Origin: an uncultured Spirochaetota bacterium | Lineage (GTDB): Bacteria; Spirochaetota; Brevinematia; Brevinematales; JAOACQ01 | Reading direction: 5' to 3' | NCBI GenBank assembly: GCA_963768055.1 | Contig: CAVYGN010000002.1 | Location: forward strand, 1,792,001 to 1,856,000 | Length of the DNA: 64,000 bases | Part shown: positions 10,369-19,990 of the stretch, piece after piece | Layout of the letters: every line of letters starts with the position of its first letter | Numbering within the stretch: the first letter of the stretch is position 1 | Notes under the pieces: model-generated | Told to the model about the DNA's origin: nothing | Database searches by the model: none | What the model saw: the letters and a program-made list of their open reading frames with translations, nothing else | Position numbers and translations under genes: made by a program

Positions 10369-11243
10369 ATCTTTCCGGCCAGGTCTTTTATATATTTGCG
10401 GACGGAGTTTCCGTACCGGGAGTCGGAAAGTGAAAAATCGATAAAAGCCCGGAAATAGCTCTCAAAGTTGCCTATGTCGTAGCGTCTCTGATTTGCTGAA
10501 AGAGGCCAGGCGTAAACCGGCCTTCCCATGCCGATAAGCAGCCTTATCGCATCTGTCAACTGTATTTCGCCGTTCCTGCCGGGCCTGGATTTTTTCAGGG
10601 CCTCAAAGATATGCGGGCTGAAAACATACCTTGCGGCAACTGCGAGGCAGCCCGGTGAGTTTTCCGGAGAAGGTTTTTCGACAATATCGGCCATAACAGC
10701 CGCTCTGCCGGAGCCTGGCGGGCCTTTATGCCCGATATCGGCAATACCGTAACGAAAGGTCTCGGCGGGTGAAACCTCTTCGACGGCTATAGTCGCAGAA
10801 GCTCCCGATTCCCTGTGGAACTTCAACATTTCAGGAAGCAATTCCTCATTATCTTTTGCATCGATGATGCTGTCTCCCAGTGCAACGGCAAAATCTTCAC
10901 CTCCTGTGAAATCTTCACACAGAGATACGGCATGTCCCAGACCCCTTGGAATGTCCTGGCGCGTGTAAAAAAAACGCAATTTACCTTCAAGGAATTTAAA
11001 ATCCTTCAACGCTTCGCCGCTTAATGAATTGTCAATGTCCAGATGGTCTTCGATCGCCCTTTTTTGCCTGCAGGTAACTGTCATTACCTGGGTTATTTCC
11101 GCCCTCAGCAGTTCTTCAGCCACATAATGTATTACAGGTTTTCGTCCGACCGGCAGCATCTCCTTCGGCAGGGCTTTGGTAAGGGGTAAAAGCCTTGTTC
11201 CCAATCCTGCAGCCGGTATGACCGCCTTTACGATCGGAATCAT
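10365..11243 (-). CDS. galU: UTP-sugar-1-phosphate uridylyltransferase (GalU family)
   Basis: KAVIPAAGLGTRLLPLTKALPKEMLP, GLGHAV, VEKP and GEIQLTDAI motifs. Confidence 0.85.
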   Translation of the reverse strand: MIPIVKAVIPAAGLGTRLLPLTKALPKEMLPVGRKPVIHYVAEELLRAEITQVMTVTCRQKRAIEDHLDIDNSLSGEALKDFKFLEGKLRFFYTRQDIPRGLGHAVSLCEDFTGGEDFAVALGDSIIDAKDNEELLPEMLKFHRESGASATIAVEEVSPAETFRYGIADIGHKGPPGSGRAAVMADIVEKPSPENSPGCLAVAARYVFSPHIFEALKKSRPGRNGEIQLTDAIRLLIGMGRPVYAWPLSANQRRYDIGNFESYFRAFIDFSLSDSRYGNSVRKYIKDLAGKI

Positions 11244-11266
11244 TTTTCCCTCCTTGAAGAAACTAT

Positions 11267-13039
11267 CTAACGGTAATGATAAAAATTTTGAAGTTCATAG
11301 AAAGCCAGTTTTCTTTTCTTTTTATCGGCGGACAATAATCCCTTAATATTATAAAAATTCTGAATCGGATGCAGACGGCGGGGGCACCGGAAATCGTAAA
11401 GAATCCATGGGGAGAGGCCCTTTACGCTTTTAATTTTCGCTATCACGGCAAGCTGGTTTTTATAAACGTCAAGCTGGCAATCCTCGGTGTAGATATCTTC
11501 TGATGAACCTCTTTCCCCAGCCCGGGCGTCCGCCCCGAATTCGGAAATAATTACCGGCTTGGACGGCCTGCTGTTTCTGAATATCGTTGAAAGTTTATTA
11601 AAATCCCTCTCGTACCACCCGTAATATTCATTTATACCTATGACATCCAGGTGCTCCGCTATACGGTCGGCTATCTTTAAATTTTCATGGTCTACAAGAC
11701 AGGCTGCGGATACAAGCCTTGAAGGATCGATTTCCCTCGCCTTTTGAACCAGTCCGGCCATGAATCTGTAACGGGGATCGGTATCCGGGTTTTCATTGCC
11801 CACAGACCAGAAAATTACGCTTGCCCTGTTTCTATCCCTCTTGATCAATTCCGTAAGCTGGTTGATAGCATCGCGGTATGTTCCGGGATTGGAAAAATCG
11901 ATAGCCCAATAAACCGGTATTTCTTCCCACAGCATGATGCCCATTTTATCTGCGAGTTCTGCAGTTCTTTCGGTATGGGGATAATGGGCCAGCCGGATAT
12001 AGTTGCAGTTCAATTCCTTTGCAAGCGATATATTTTCTATAATCTCGTCGTCGGACATGGCTTTTCCGTTTTGAATGCTTTCCTCATGGCAGCTTATTCC
12101 CTTAAGAAAGACAGGTTTGCCGTTCAACAGGATTTCATTCCCGTTCGTTCTGATCTCGCGGAAGCCTATACTGTCCCCGACCGAGTCATTAGCATAGGAT
12201 AAAGCCACATCGTAGAGCTTCGGTTTTTCAGGAGACCATAATTCAGGGGCAGCCTTGAAAAGGGCTTCTCCCCTGCCGCCTTTGACAGCGATCGGAACGT
12301 GGAGGGAAAGCCCGGGTATATCAAGAACGGCTTTACCGTTTTGCACCTCGCCGGCCACGGCCATGAAGGCCCTGATTAATTTAAAATCGCTATTAGGGAC
12401 CAGGCTCAGACTGAATTCACTTATAAAAGTTTCAGGAAGCCTGATTAATTCGACGTCGCGATAAATCCCGCCGTAATTGAACCAGTCCATATTCTCGCAT
12501 GGAACATTCGTTCTTTTACGGGTGTTATTGGCCACGATTAGAATCCTGTTGGTATTTTGAAGAAAATCGGTCGCTTCAGCATAAAAAGGGGTTGAGCCGC
12601 CTAAATGCAACCCGACGAATTTGCGGTTAAGGAAAATCTTGGCTTCGTAATTGACAGCTCCGAATTTGAGAAAGACCCTTTTCTCTGCGTGACGCCTGTA
12701 ATTGAAAGTCCTGGTATATATAGCGCTTCCTTCGTATAAGAAAAAGCGTTCGCCAAGCATATTCCAGCATGAAGGCACAAAAATAGTTTCCCACTGTTCA
12801 AAGCTGAAGTCAAGAGGGAGCGGCCGGCCCTCGTCATCAAAATAACTTTCCTCGTACCACCTGGAACGGATGCAGTTGTCGTATTGATCTATCCCGAAGT
12901 TCCACCAGCCGTTGAGGGATTCTTTTTCCCTGCCGCGGTCGAAGATCATCTCGTCGCTTTTAATAAGTTTTTTTAAGAAGGGAGCATTGTAATCGATATC
13001 ATGTATATTGGAAAAGAAATCATCCTTCTGAAGCGCCAT
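11267..13039 (-). CDS. uidA: GH2 beta-glucuronidase
   Basis: DWFNYGGIYR, RLAHYP, WSVGNE (acid/base), ISEFG (nucleophile) and NIKG (NxKG glucuronidase signature). Confidence 0.85.
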   Translation of the reverse strand: MALQKDDFFSNIHDIDYNAPFLKKLIKSDEMIFDRGREKESLNGWWNFGIDQYDNCIRSRWYEESYFDDEGRPLPLDFSFEQWETIFVPSCWNMLGERFFLYEGSAIYTRTFNYRRHAEKRVFLKFGAVNYEAKIFLNRKFVGLHLGGSTPFYAEATDFLQNTNRILIVANNTRKRTNVPCENMDWFNYGGIYRDVELIRLPETFISEFSLSLVPNSDFKLIRAFMAVAGEVQNGKAVLDIPGLSLHVPIAVKGGRGEALFKAAPELWSPEKPKLYDVALSYANDSVGDSIGFREIRTNGNEILLNGKPVFLKGISCHEESIQNGKAMSDDEIIENISLAKELNCNYIRLAHYPHTERTAELADKMGIMLWEEIPVYWAIDFSNPGTYRDAINQLTELIKRDRNRASVIFWSVGNENPDTDPRYRFMAGLVQKAREIDPSRLVSAACLVDHENLKIADRIAEHLDVIGINEYYGWYERDFNKLSTIFRNSRPSKPVIISEFGADARAGERGSSEDIYTEDCQLDVYKNQLAVIAKIKSVKGLSPWILYDFRCPRRLHPIQNFYNIKGLLSADKKKRKLAFYELQNFYHYR

Positions 13040-13247
13040 TTTTGTCCCCTGAATTCAAAATACGGCGTTAAAGTATAAATTCTTATCCAATTATTTTCAA
13101 TACAAATTTTATAATTCTCTCAAAGCTTCAACAGGCGATATTCTTCTTGCCCGCCTTGCAGTGACAGCAGTATAGCCGTCCCCCGTCTGTCATATTTTGA
13201 TTAAAGTCAGTTATAACCTTAGAATATAAACCGATGCTGGAGGCATA

Positions 13248-13994
13248 TTGATGCTGGATTATCTTTTTCCCGACCTTAAAAGAAGATCGGGACTGAAGGA
13301 AATCATGGACGGGGATTCGGCGGATATGAAAAAACTATTAAAGACTGTCAGTCAATTCGGATTATTGAATTTTCTCTTTACAGCGTCCAGAAGGCTCATA
13401 AGGAAAAATTTTTTCAATGTTATGAAACTGTCTCCGGAAGTTGAATATACTATGCTCGATATAGGCGCCGGGGGATGCGATATTGATAAATGGGCTGTGA
13501 ATGAAGCCCGGCGGTCAGGCTTCAAACTTCGGGTAACCGCACTCGATAACGATGGGCGGATATTGCCGGCGGTGCGCCTGGCGCTTAAAGATTATCCGGA
13601 GATCAGGATCGTTCAAGCCTCAGCGTTTGATTTAAACGATAATGATAAATATGATTTCATATTTTCAAATCATTTTCTGCATCATCTTGAATGGGACGGC
13701 ATAGGGAAAATAATCCGCTATGCCATGTCGGCGGCCAGGATTGGGTTTTTATTCAATGATATCAAAAGGACAATGAGCGCTTACATATTTTATACGATTT
13801 TTACCGCGATTTTTATACATGGGAGCCTTGCTTATTACGACGGGCGCCTTTCAATACGCAGGGGTTTCCTGAAAGAGGAATTGCGGGTATTTCTGGATCA
13901 ATTACCGCGCCGGCAAAACGGCCTTGACATTGAATTAGCGGAAACCTTTCCCTCAAGGATATATATAACAGGAACAGCGGGTTTACCAGGGTGA
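13248..13994 (+). CDS. Class I SAM-dependent methyltransferase
   Basis: LDIGAGGCD, FSNHFLHHL and DGRLSIRRGF. Confidence 0.8.
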   Translation: MMLDYLFPDLKRRSGLKEIMDGDSADMKKLLKTVSQFGLLNFLFTASRRLIRKNFFNVMKLSPEVEYTMLDIGAGGCDIDKWAVNEARRSGFKLRVTALDNDGRILPAVRLALKDYPEIRIVQASAFDLNDNDKYDFIFSNHFLHHLEWDGIGKIIRYAMSAARIGFLFNDIKRTMSAYIFYTIFTAIFIHGSLAYYDGRLSIRRGFLKEELRVFLDQLPRRQNGLDIELAETFPSRIYITGTAGLPG

Positions 13995-14050
13995 CACTGG
14001 TTAAACAATTGATAATTATGGATGAATCCGTGGTATAATAATATAATTAA

Positions 14051-14223
14051 GGGCGGTTCCAAAAACTAGATTTTTAAAAAATAATCGTAATAATGAATCT
14101 AATAATTCCGCCCAATAGTGCCCTGGTGCCTGGCCCCAGGACAGGCCACTTGTCCCCGTAAGGGTTTATCCCCGTCAGGGGGGCTACCTTGCTGCCCCAA
14201 GGGGGCAGTTATTAGAAGTGCCC
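14051..14223. mobile_element. Putative MITE-like element, 173 bp
   Basis: Imperfect terminal inverted repeats GGGCGGTTCCAAAAACT / GGGCACTTCTAATAACT (13/17), TTAA on both flanks, GC-rich internal hairpins. Confidence 0.5.
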
Positions 14224-14266
14224 TTAACATGTAGAAGTTAAATAAAAAGATATTCTACAGAACGAA

Positions 14267-14293
14267 GTGACATATTTTGAAGTTTCATGTGTT
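14267..14293 (+). promoter_or_regulatory. Putative ECF sigma promoter GTGACA-N16-GTGTT
   Basis: Directly upstream of the ECF gene; same motif and spacing at 17740-17766. Confidence 0.65.
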
Positions 14294-14313
14294 CAATATA
14301 TTAACAAGAGGTC

Positions 14314-14802
14314 TTGATGCAGAAAACCGACGTCGAGGAATATTATAAAAAGTATGGCCCTATGGTGCTGAGGAGATGCAGGTGGCTTCTCAAAGACGAG
14401 GAAAGGGCGCTTGATGCTATGCAGGATGTGTTTGTTCTTCTACTGAGAAATCTGGACAGGCTTAAAGGCGAATATCCGTCAAGCCTTTTATACAAAATGG
14501 CGACCAATGTCTGCCTGAACCTGATCCGGGACAGCAGGAAAATAGCCGAATCAAGGGATGAGGAAGTTTTGAATTCGATCGCATCGGCCGGCGATCAGTT
14601 TTCCGGGATAGTTGAGAGCGACATATTAAACAGGCTTTTTGACGGCGAGAAAGAATCGACAAGGGCCATTGCCGTATATCACTACATAGACAGGCTGACG
14701 CTGGAGGAAACTGCGAAGGAGACAGGTCTTTCTGTTTCAGGGGTGCGGAAGCGTTTGAAAAGGCTCCGAGAAAAAGCCGACATTCAGGAGAAATTATTAT
14801 GA
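14314..14802 (+). CDS. ECF-type sigma-70 factor
   Basis: ALDAMQDVF and LYKMATNVCLN (region 2); TLEETAKETGLSVSGVRKRL (region 4). Confidence 0.9.
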   Translation: MMQKTDVEEYYKKYGPMVLRRCRWLLKDEERALDAMQDVFVLLLRNLDRLKGEYPSSLLYKMATNVCLNLIRDSRKIAESRDEEVLNSIASAGDQFSGIVESDILNRLFDGEKESTRAIAVYHYIDRLTLEETAKETGLSVSGVRKRLKRLREKADIQEKLL

Positions 14803-15593
14803 AAGAGAATAATATATCGGATCTTAAGCTTGAAAGATATTTTCTAGGCGAATTGCCTTCCCGGGAGCTCAATAAAATAAAGTCCTTATTGGAGACGGAC
14901 CAAGCCCTTTCAGAACGTCTCGATAACCTTAGAAAATCCAACGAGGATATACTAAGCCTTTATAAATCTTCGGAAATAGCGGAGAGGATCCAACGCCGCC
15001 TGAGGGCCTCGGAGGCAGAGGCCTACACCCGGGGAAAATCGGGAAAAAAAGCCGGTATGTTCAGGCGTTATAAATTTTTAATGCCCGCCCTGTCTGCCGC
15101 AGTACTGGCGGCCGTAATGATTCCGATCGTTATTCTGTATATAGGAAATGGGAATGATTACCGTGTCAAGGGGCAGGCTTCCCTCCTGATATACAGGAAA
15201 ACCGCATCCGGCGGAGAACTGCTGAAAAACAGCGATAATGCAAGGAAAGGCGACCTTCTCCAGCTCGGATATACTGCCGGGAGGGAAAGATACGGAGCGA
15301 TATTTTCCATAGACGGCAGAGGCAATCTTACATGGCATTTTCCTTTAAATGTCAGTAACGATACCCGGCTTGAACAGGGGCGAAGGGCATTGCTGCCGGA
15401 ATCTTATGAACTCGATAATGCGCCGGAATTCGAACGCTTCTTTTTTGTTATGTCGGATAAGAAAATAAACCTGAGCGATGTTATCCTTAACGCAGGTATT
15501 CTGGCCGGGGACCCCGGCAGCTCCGGAGTAAAAAGCCTTGAACTTTTTAAGAATTATCAGGTGATTGTAATAACATTATTGAAGAGGGATTAA
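14799..15593 (+). CDS. Putative membrane anti-sigma factor with DUF4384-like extracytoplasmic domain
   Basis: Coupled to the ECF gene; LERYFLGEL N-terminus, single TM, RVKG...GDLLQL...SIDGRG...SYELDNAPEFERFF. Confidence 0.65.
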   Translation: MKENNISDLKLERYFLGELPSRELNKIKSLLETDQALSERLDNLRKSNEDILSLYKSSEIAERIQRRLRASEAEAYTRGKSGKKAGMFRRYKFLMPALSAAVLAAVMIPIVILYIGNGNDYRVKGQASLLIYRKTASGGELLKNSDNARKGDLLQLGYTAGRERYGAIFSIDGRGNLTWHFPLNVSNDTRLEQGRRALLPESYELDNAPEFERFFFVMSDKKINLSDVILNAGILAGDPGSSGVKSLELFKNYQVIVITLLKRD

Positions 15594-15596
15594 AAG

Positions 15597-17726
15597 ATGA
15601 AAATCCGGATTTGTTTTGCAGTCCTTTTTATAAACATGATTATTTTTATGCATGCTTACAGCTTTCAGGAGAATGGTACGCCCCTGCGGAGGTTCGGCTT
15701 TTTTATTGGTGAGAATGACGGCGGCCATGACCTGGAACCCTTACGCTATGCAGTGCGCGATGCCGAGTCGGTTTCCCGCCTGTTCATGGAAATGGGTGGT
15801 ATAAAACAGCAGGACAATATATTCCTAGTAGAGCCGTCACTGGAAGAAATCCAGGGTAAGCTGAAAACTCTTAAGACGAAGCTTGGATCGCTACGAAGCA
15901 AATATTCCAGGCTGGAGCTGATTTTTTATTATTCAGGCCATTCCGATGAAGAAGGCTTACTGGTCTCGAAAGATAAATTTTCATATAAAGATTTAAAAGA
16001 TGCAATCAGAGACATGCCTGTCGATATGCGTATTGTTATACTGGATTCATGTTCTTCAGGAGCGCTCACAAAGCTTAAGGGAGGAACCAGGCAGCAGGCG
16101 TTTTTAATGGACAATTCGATAAAGATGGAAGGTTATGCGATCATGACCTCAAGCTCTTCAGATGAAGCCTCCCAGGAGTCCGACAGCCTGAAGGGCTCAT
16201 ATTTTACCTATGCTCTGATATCAGGACTCAGGGGGGCTGCCGATACGGGGGGAAATAAAACGGTTACCCTTAATCAGGCCTATCAGTATGCTTACAGGGA
16301 GACCCTTGCGAAAACGGAAAAAACTCTCGGGGGGGCCCAGCACCCGAGCTACGATATACGTATGAACGGTTCCGGAGATGTCGTATTGACCGACCTCCGG
16401 CGGACGACAGCCTCTCTGAAACTTGCGCCGGACATTTCCGGCAGGCTTAATATCCGTGATGATTCCGGCATCCTCGTGGCGGAGATAAACAAAGTCGAAG
16501 GCAGCACTGTCGAACTGGGGATGGAACCGGGTCCCTATAAAATCAATGTTGAAATCGGCAGGAAGGACTACCAGGGTGAAATAACGATTAATGAAAACGA
16601 AAGCGCCGTTTTTTCAAAAGATTTACTGGCTGAGGTAAGTACGGAAAAGACAACAATGCGCGGAAATGAAAATTCTGCCGATCAAACGAATAAGCCTTCT
16701 GAAAATTATATTACGATCCCGTTCTCTTTGACCGTTTTACCATTGTTAAATACTACATCAAATAAAACAATCATCAATCTGGAGCTGAATATCGGCGCAG
16801 GGTACTGCGACAGGCTCGAGGGGACAGCTATCGGGTTTGTTAATATCACAGGAGAGAATGCAAAATACCTGGACTTATCCCTGACCAGTTTGACTTTTCA
16901 TGATTTTACCGGATTTGAAGCCTCTCTTCTGGCCTTCACAGGCCATGATTTTAAAGGCGCACAGTTATCGCTGGTTAATATAGTAATGAATGATTTCGAT
17001 TCGTTTCAGTCGGGGCTTGCCAATATAGACGGAAGAGACTTTCATGGCGTTCAATTAGGACTTGTTAATATCGATGGAAATAATTTCAACGGTTTCCAGG
17101 CAGGCCTGGTTAATATTATAGGGAACAGTTTTTCAGGCTTCCAGGCCGGATTGGCTAACCTTGACATTTATTCATTTAACGGCCCGGAGATCGGGCTTCT
17201 TAATATAAATACTGAAGTGAGCGGCTTGCAGCTCGGGCTTATCAACTTTTCCACCGGGCTGAACGGCGAAGCGATAGGGCTGATCAGTGTCGTTTTATCT
17301 AACGGTCAGACGCATCTAGAAGCCTGGGCGGATGAAACGGGATTTTTAAACATAGCCTTGATCAACGGCTCCAGGACAGTTTACAATATTTATACGATAG
17401 GCATCGATACGGCAGGGACATACTGGACATACGGGCTTGGATTGGGTTTACATATACCGGCCGATCCTTTCTATATAAACGTTGAAATTATAGACTCCAG
17501 CGTCAGCCATATCGCCGCATGGGACGGCAATAATACTCTCGGAAGGTTCAGGGTATATGCGGGTTTCAGTATTTTCGAACATCTGTCAGTGATAGCGGGC
17601 GTCTCGCTGAACTACTACAGGAATTGGAATGGAAATTCGGCCTATGTTCCCTCCTTTAATATAAGCAAGAGTTTTGCGGACGGCGGCATATTGTGGCCCG
17701 GAATTTTCGCCGGACTGCAATTTTAA
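15597..17726 (+). CDS. Exported caspase-family (peptidase C14) protein with C-terminal LA_2272-like repeats
   Basis: Signal peptide; His/Cys dyad in YYSGHSD and ILDSCSSG; ~15-aa GFQAGLVN repeats; C-terminal Phe. Confidence 0.85.
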   Translation: MKIRICFAVLFINMIIFMHAYSFQENGTPLRRFGFFIGENDGGHDLEPLRYAVRDAESVSRLFMEMGGIKQQDNIFLVEPSLEEIQGKLKTLKTKLGSLRSKYSRLELIFYYSGHSDEEGLLVSKDKFSYKDLKDAIRDMPVDMRIVILDSCSSGALTKLKGGTRQQAFLMDNSIKMEGYAIMTSSSSDEASQESDSLKGSYFTYALISGLRGAADTGGNKTVTLNQAYQYAYRETLAKTEKTLGGAQHPSYDIRMNGSGDVVLTDLRRTTASLKLAPDISGRLNIRDDSGILVAEINKVEGSTVELGMEPGPYKINVEIGRKDYQGEITINENESAVFSKDLLAEVSTEKTTMRGNENSADQTNKPSENYITIPFSLTVLPLLNTTSNKTIINLELNIGAGYCDRLEGTAIGFVNITGENAKYLDLSLTSLTFHDFTGFEASLLAFTGHDFKGAQLSLVNIVMNDFDSFQSGLANIDGRDFHGVQLGLVNIDGNNFNGFQAGLVNIIGNSFSGFQAGLANLDIYSFNGPEIGLLNINTEVSGLQLGLINFSTGLNGEAIGLISVVLSNGQTHLEAWADETGFLNIALINGSRTVYNIYTIGIDTAGTYWTYGLGLGLHIPADPFYINVEIIDSSVSHIAAWDGNNTLGRFRVYAGFSIFEHLSVIAGVSLNYYRNWNGNSAYVPSFNISKSFADGGILWPGIFAGLQF

Positions 17727-17739
17727 CATCCCACCAAAA

Positions 17740-17766
17740 GTAACACATTCTCCTCTTTCCCGTGTT
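17740..17766 (+). promoter_or_regulatory. Putative ECF sigma promoter GTAACA-N16-GTGTT
   Basis: Matches 14267-14293 in motif and spacing. Confidence 0.65.
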
Positions 17767-17790
17767 TAAATATTATAAACAAGAAGGAGA

Positions 17791-18951
17791 ATGAGTATGA
17801 AACTAATTCAATCGTTAATTGTTGCGGTTTGTCTTTTATCGGCGGGCCTGATGTATGCTGGGGAAGAAAATAACAGCCAGACAAACTACGTCGTTGTTCC
17901 CTTCAGCGTGACGATTTTCCCGATATGGGGAACCGGAATGAAGACTATCGACGATGCCCAGATTAATATCGGCGCCGGTTATTGCGATATGCTCGAGGGC
18001 CTGTCCATGGGCTTTGTCAACATAGTAGGAGAGGATGCAGTGGGCCTCGACTGCTCTCTTGTGGGGATTACAGGCCATAATTTCAACGGCGTGCAGTGCT
18101 CCCTTGTGACTTATACCGGGAATGACTTTTCCGGAGGACAATTCAGCCTGGTGAATATCGTTTCCGGAAATTTCTCGAAGGCGCAGTCAGGGCTGGTTAA
18201 TATTGTTGGAGGGAATTTTGAAGGATTCCAGGCCGGGCTTATGGATATTGTTGCGGGAGATTTTAAAGGCTTCCAGGCAGGCCTTGCAAATGTCAATCTG
18301 GGAAATTTCAACGGTTTCCAGGCAGGACTGGTTAATATTATGGGAGACGGATTTTCGGGTTTTCAGACCGGATTGGCCAATCTTGACATTTCATCTTTTA
18401 ACGGGCCGGAGATCGGACTTTTAAATATTAACATGGAAACGAGCGGCTTCCAGTTCGGGCTTATCAACTTTTCAAAGGGGCTGGACGGCGAAGCTATAGG
18501 GCTCATCAGTATCGTTTTAAGCAATGGACAAACCCATGGGCAGATCTACGTGGATGAAAACGGTTTCGGAAATATAGCGCTGATAAACGGTTCCAGGACA
18601 ATTTATAATATTTATACAGTCGGAATCGATCAAACCGGTACGTACTGGACGTATGGGCTCGGCCTGGGTTTGCATATACCTCTCGATCCTTTTTATATAA
18701 ATATGGAAATTATAGGCTCCAGCGTCAGTCATATTTCGGCATGGGACGGGAACAATACCCTCGGAAGATTCAGGGTTTATGCCGGATTCAGCATATTCGA
18801 ACACCTATCCATGATAGCAGGCCTTTCTCTGAACTACTACAGGAGCTGGAATGGAAATCCTGCGTATGTTTCCCCATTCTATAACTTAACTAAGACTCTT
18901 GCGAACGGCGACACATTATGGCCCGGGATTTTCGCGGGCGTAATGTTTTAA
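17791..18951 (+). CDS. LA_2272-like surface repeat protein; paralog of the C-terminal half of the upstream caspase gene
   Basis: Signal peptide, GFQAGLVNI repeats, near-identical C-terminal blocks (IALINGSRT, YWTYGLGLGLHIP, WDGNNTLGRFRVYAG). Confidence 0.8.
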   Translation: MSMKLIQSLIVAVCLLSAGLMYAGEENNSQTNYVVVPFSVTIFPIWGTGMKTIDDAQINIGAGYCDMLEGLSMGFVNIVGEDAVGLDCSLVGITGHNFNGVQCSLVTYTGNDFSGGQFSLVNIVSGNFSKAQSGLVNIVGGNFEGFQAGLMDIVAGDFKGFQAGLANVNLGNFNGFQAGLVNIMGDGFSGFQTGLANLDISSFNGPEIGLLNINMETSGFQFGLINFSKGLDGEAIGLISIVLSNGQTHGQIYVDENGFGNIALINGSRTIYNIYTVGIDQTGTYWTYGLGLGLHIPLDPFYINMEIIGSSVSHISAWDGNNTLGRFRVYAGFSIFEHLSMIAGLSLNYYRSWNGNPAYVSPFYNLTKTLANGDTLWPGIFAGVMF

Positions 18952-18981
18952 AATAACCTTCTGTATAGCCTCCATTCACAC

Positions 18982-19011
18982 GCCCAGCCCCTATAAAAGG
19001 GGCTGGGCTTT
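18982..19011 (+). terminator. Rho-independent terminator
   Basis: GCCCAGCCCCT-ATAAA-AGGGGCTGGGC stem followed by TTT at the operon end. Confidence 0.75.
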
Positions 19012-19163
19012 AAATTTTGATGAATCTGCCTCTTCAAGTTAAAATAATAAAGGGATTTTAATTTATATCCGGAAGTAATTATGCAGAGATTCGTTTATAA
19101 GGGTTTTCAATGCGGAACAGCAATCTCCGGGTCCGTATCTCCAAGGGGAAAGAGGGGGCGAAT

Positions 19164-19970
19164 TTGAATATAGATTACGTACATGGCTATAATGAAAGGG
19201 AATCCGTCCGCCTGGAAGATCAGGCGAATTTCCTGAACAAGCTTCTTCACCATGATTCGATTTTTCCGAAAGATTCGATAGTTCTTGAAGCCGGCTGCGG
19301 CGTCGGGGCCCAGACAAAAATTGTCGCTCCAAAAAACCCGGATTCGAAATTCATTTCTATCGATATTTCAGAAACATCGCTGGCAAAAGCCGAATCGCTC
19401 ATAAAATCGCTTAATATTGAAAATGTGGAATTTCAAACCGGGGATATTTTCGATCTAAAATTTGATGACGGATTCTTCGATCATGTTTTTGTTTGCTTTG
19501 TCCTGGAACATCTTCCAAATCCGATCGATGCGTTAAAATCATTGAAGAGGGTGATAAAAAAAGGAGGAACGATTACTTTAATAGAAGGGGATCATGGCTC
19601 CGCTTATTTTTATCCCTACAGCCGGTATGCGCAGGAAGCAATAAATGCGCAGATAGAATTACAGGCGAAAAACGGCGGGAATGCATTGATCGGCAGACAG
19701 ATTTATCCATTGCTTTTATACTCAAATTTCAGGAATTGCAATGTGTCTCCGAGAACCGTATATGTCGATTCAAGTAAACCTGATTTTGTTGAAGGCTTTA
19801 CCAAAAATACATTTACGGCTATGATTGAAGGGATAAGAGATAAAGCTATATCCTCTTCAATAATTGATGAATTATCTTTTGAAAGGGGAATTAGAGATCT
19901 TCATAGAACAACCGAAATTGACGGGGTTTTTTGTTATACTTTTTTTAAGGGCGTCGGCTGCAATTTATAA
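19164..19970 (+). CDS. Class I SAM-dependent methyltransferase
   Basis: VLEAGCGVGAQT and FDHVFVCFVLEHL; TTG start after a G-rich RBS. Confidence 0.85.
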   Translation: MNIDYVHGYNERESVRLEDQANFLNKLLHHDSIFPKDSIVLEAGCGVGAQTKIVAPKNPDSKFISIDISETSLAKAESLIKSLNIENVEFQTGDIFDLKFDDGFFDHVFVCFVLEHLPNPIDALKSLKRVIKKGGTITLIEGDHGSAYFYPYSRYAQEAINAQIELQAKNGGNALIGRQIYPLLLYSNFRNCNVSPRTVYVDSSKPDFVEGFTKNTFTAMIEGIRDKAISSSIIDELSFERGIRDLHRTTEIDGVFCYTFFKGVGCNL

Positions 19971-19990
19971 TTAATTAATGGAGGTTTAAA

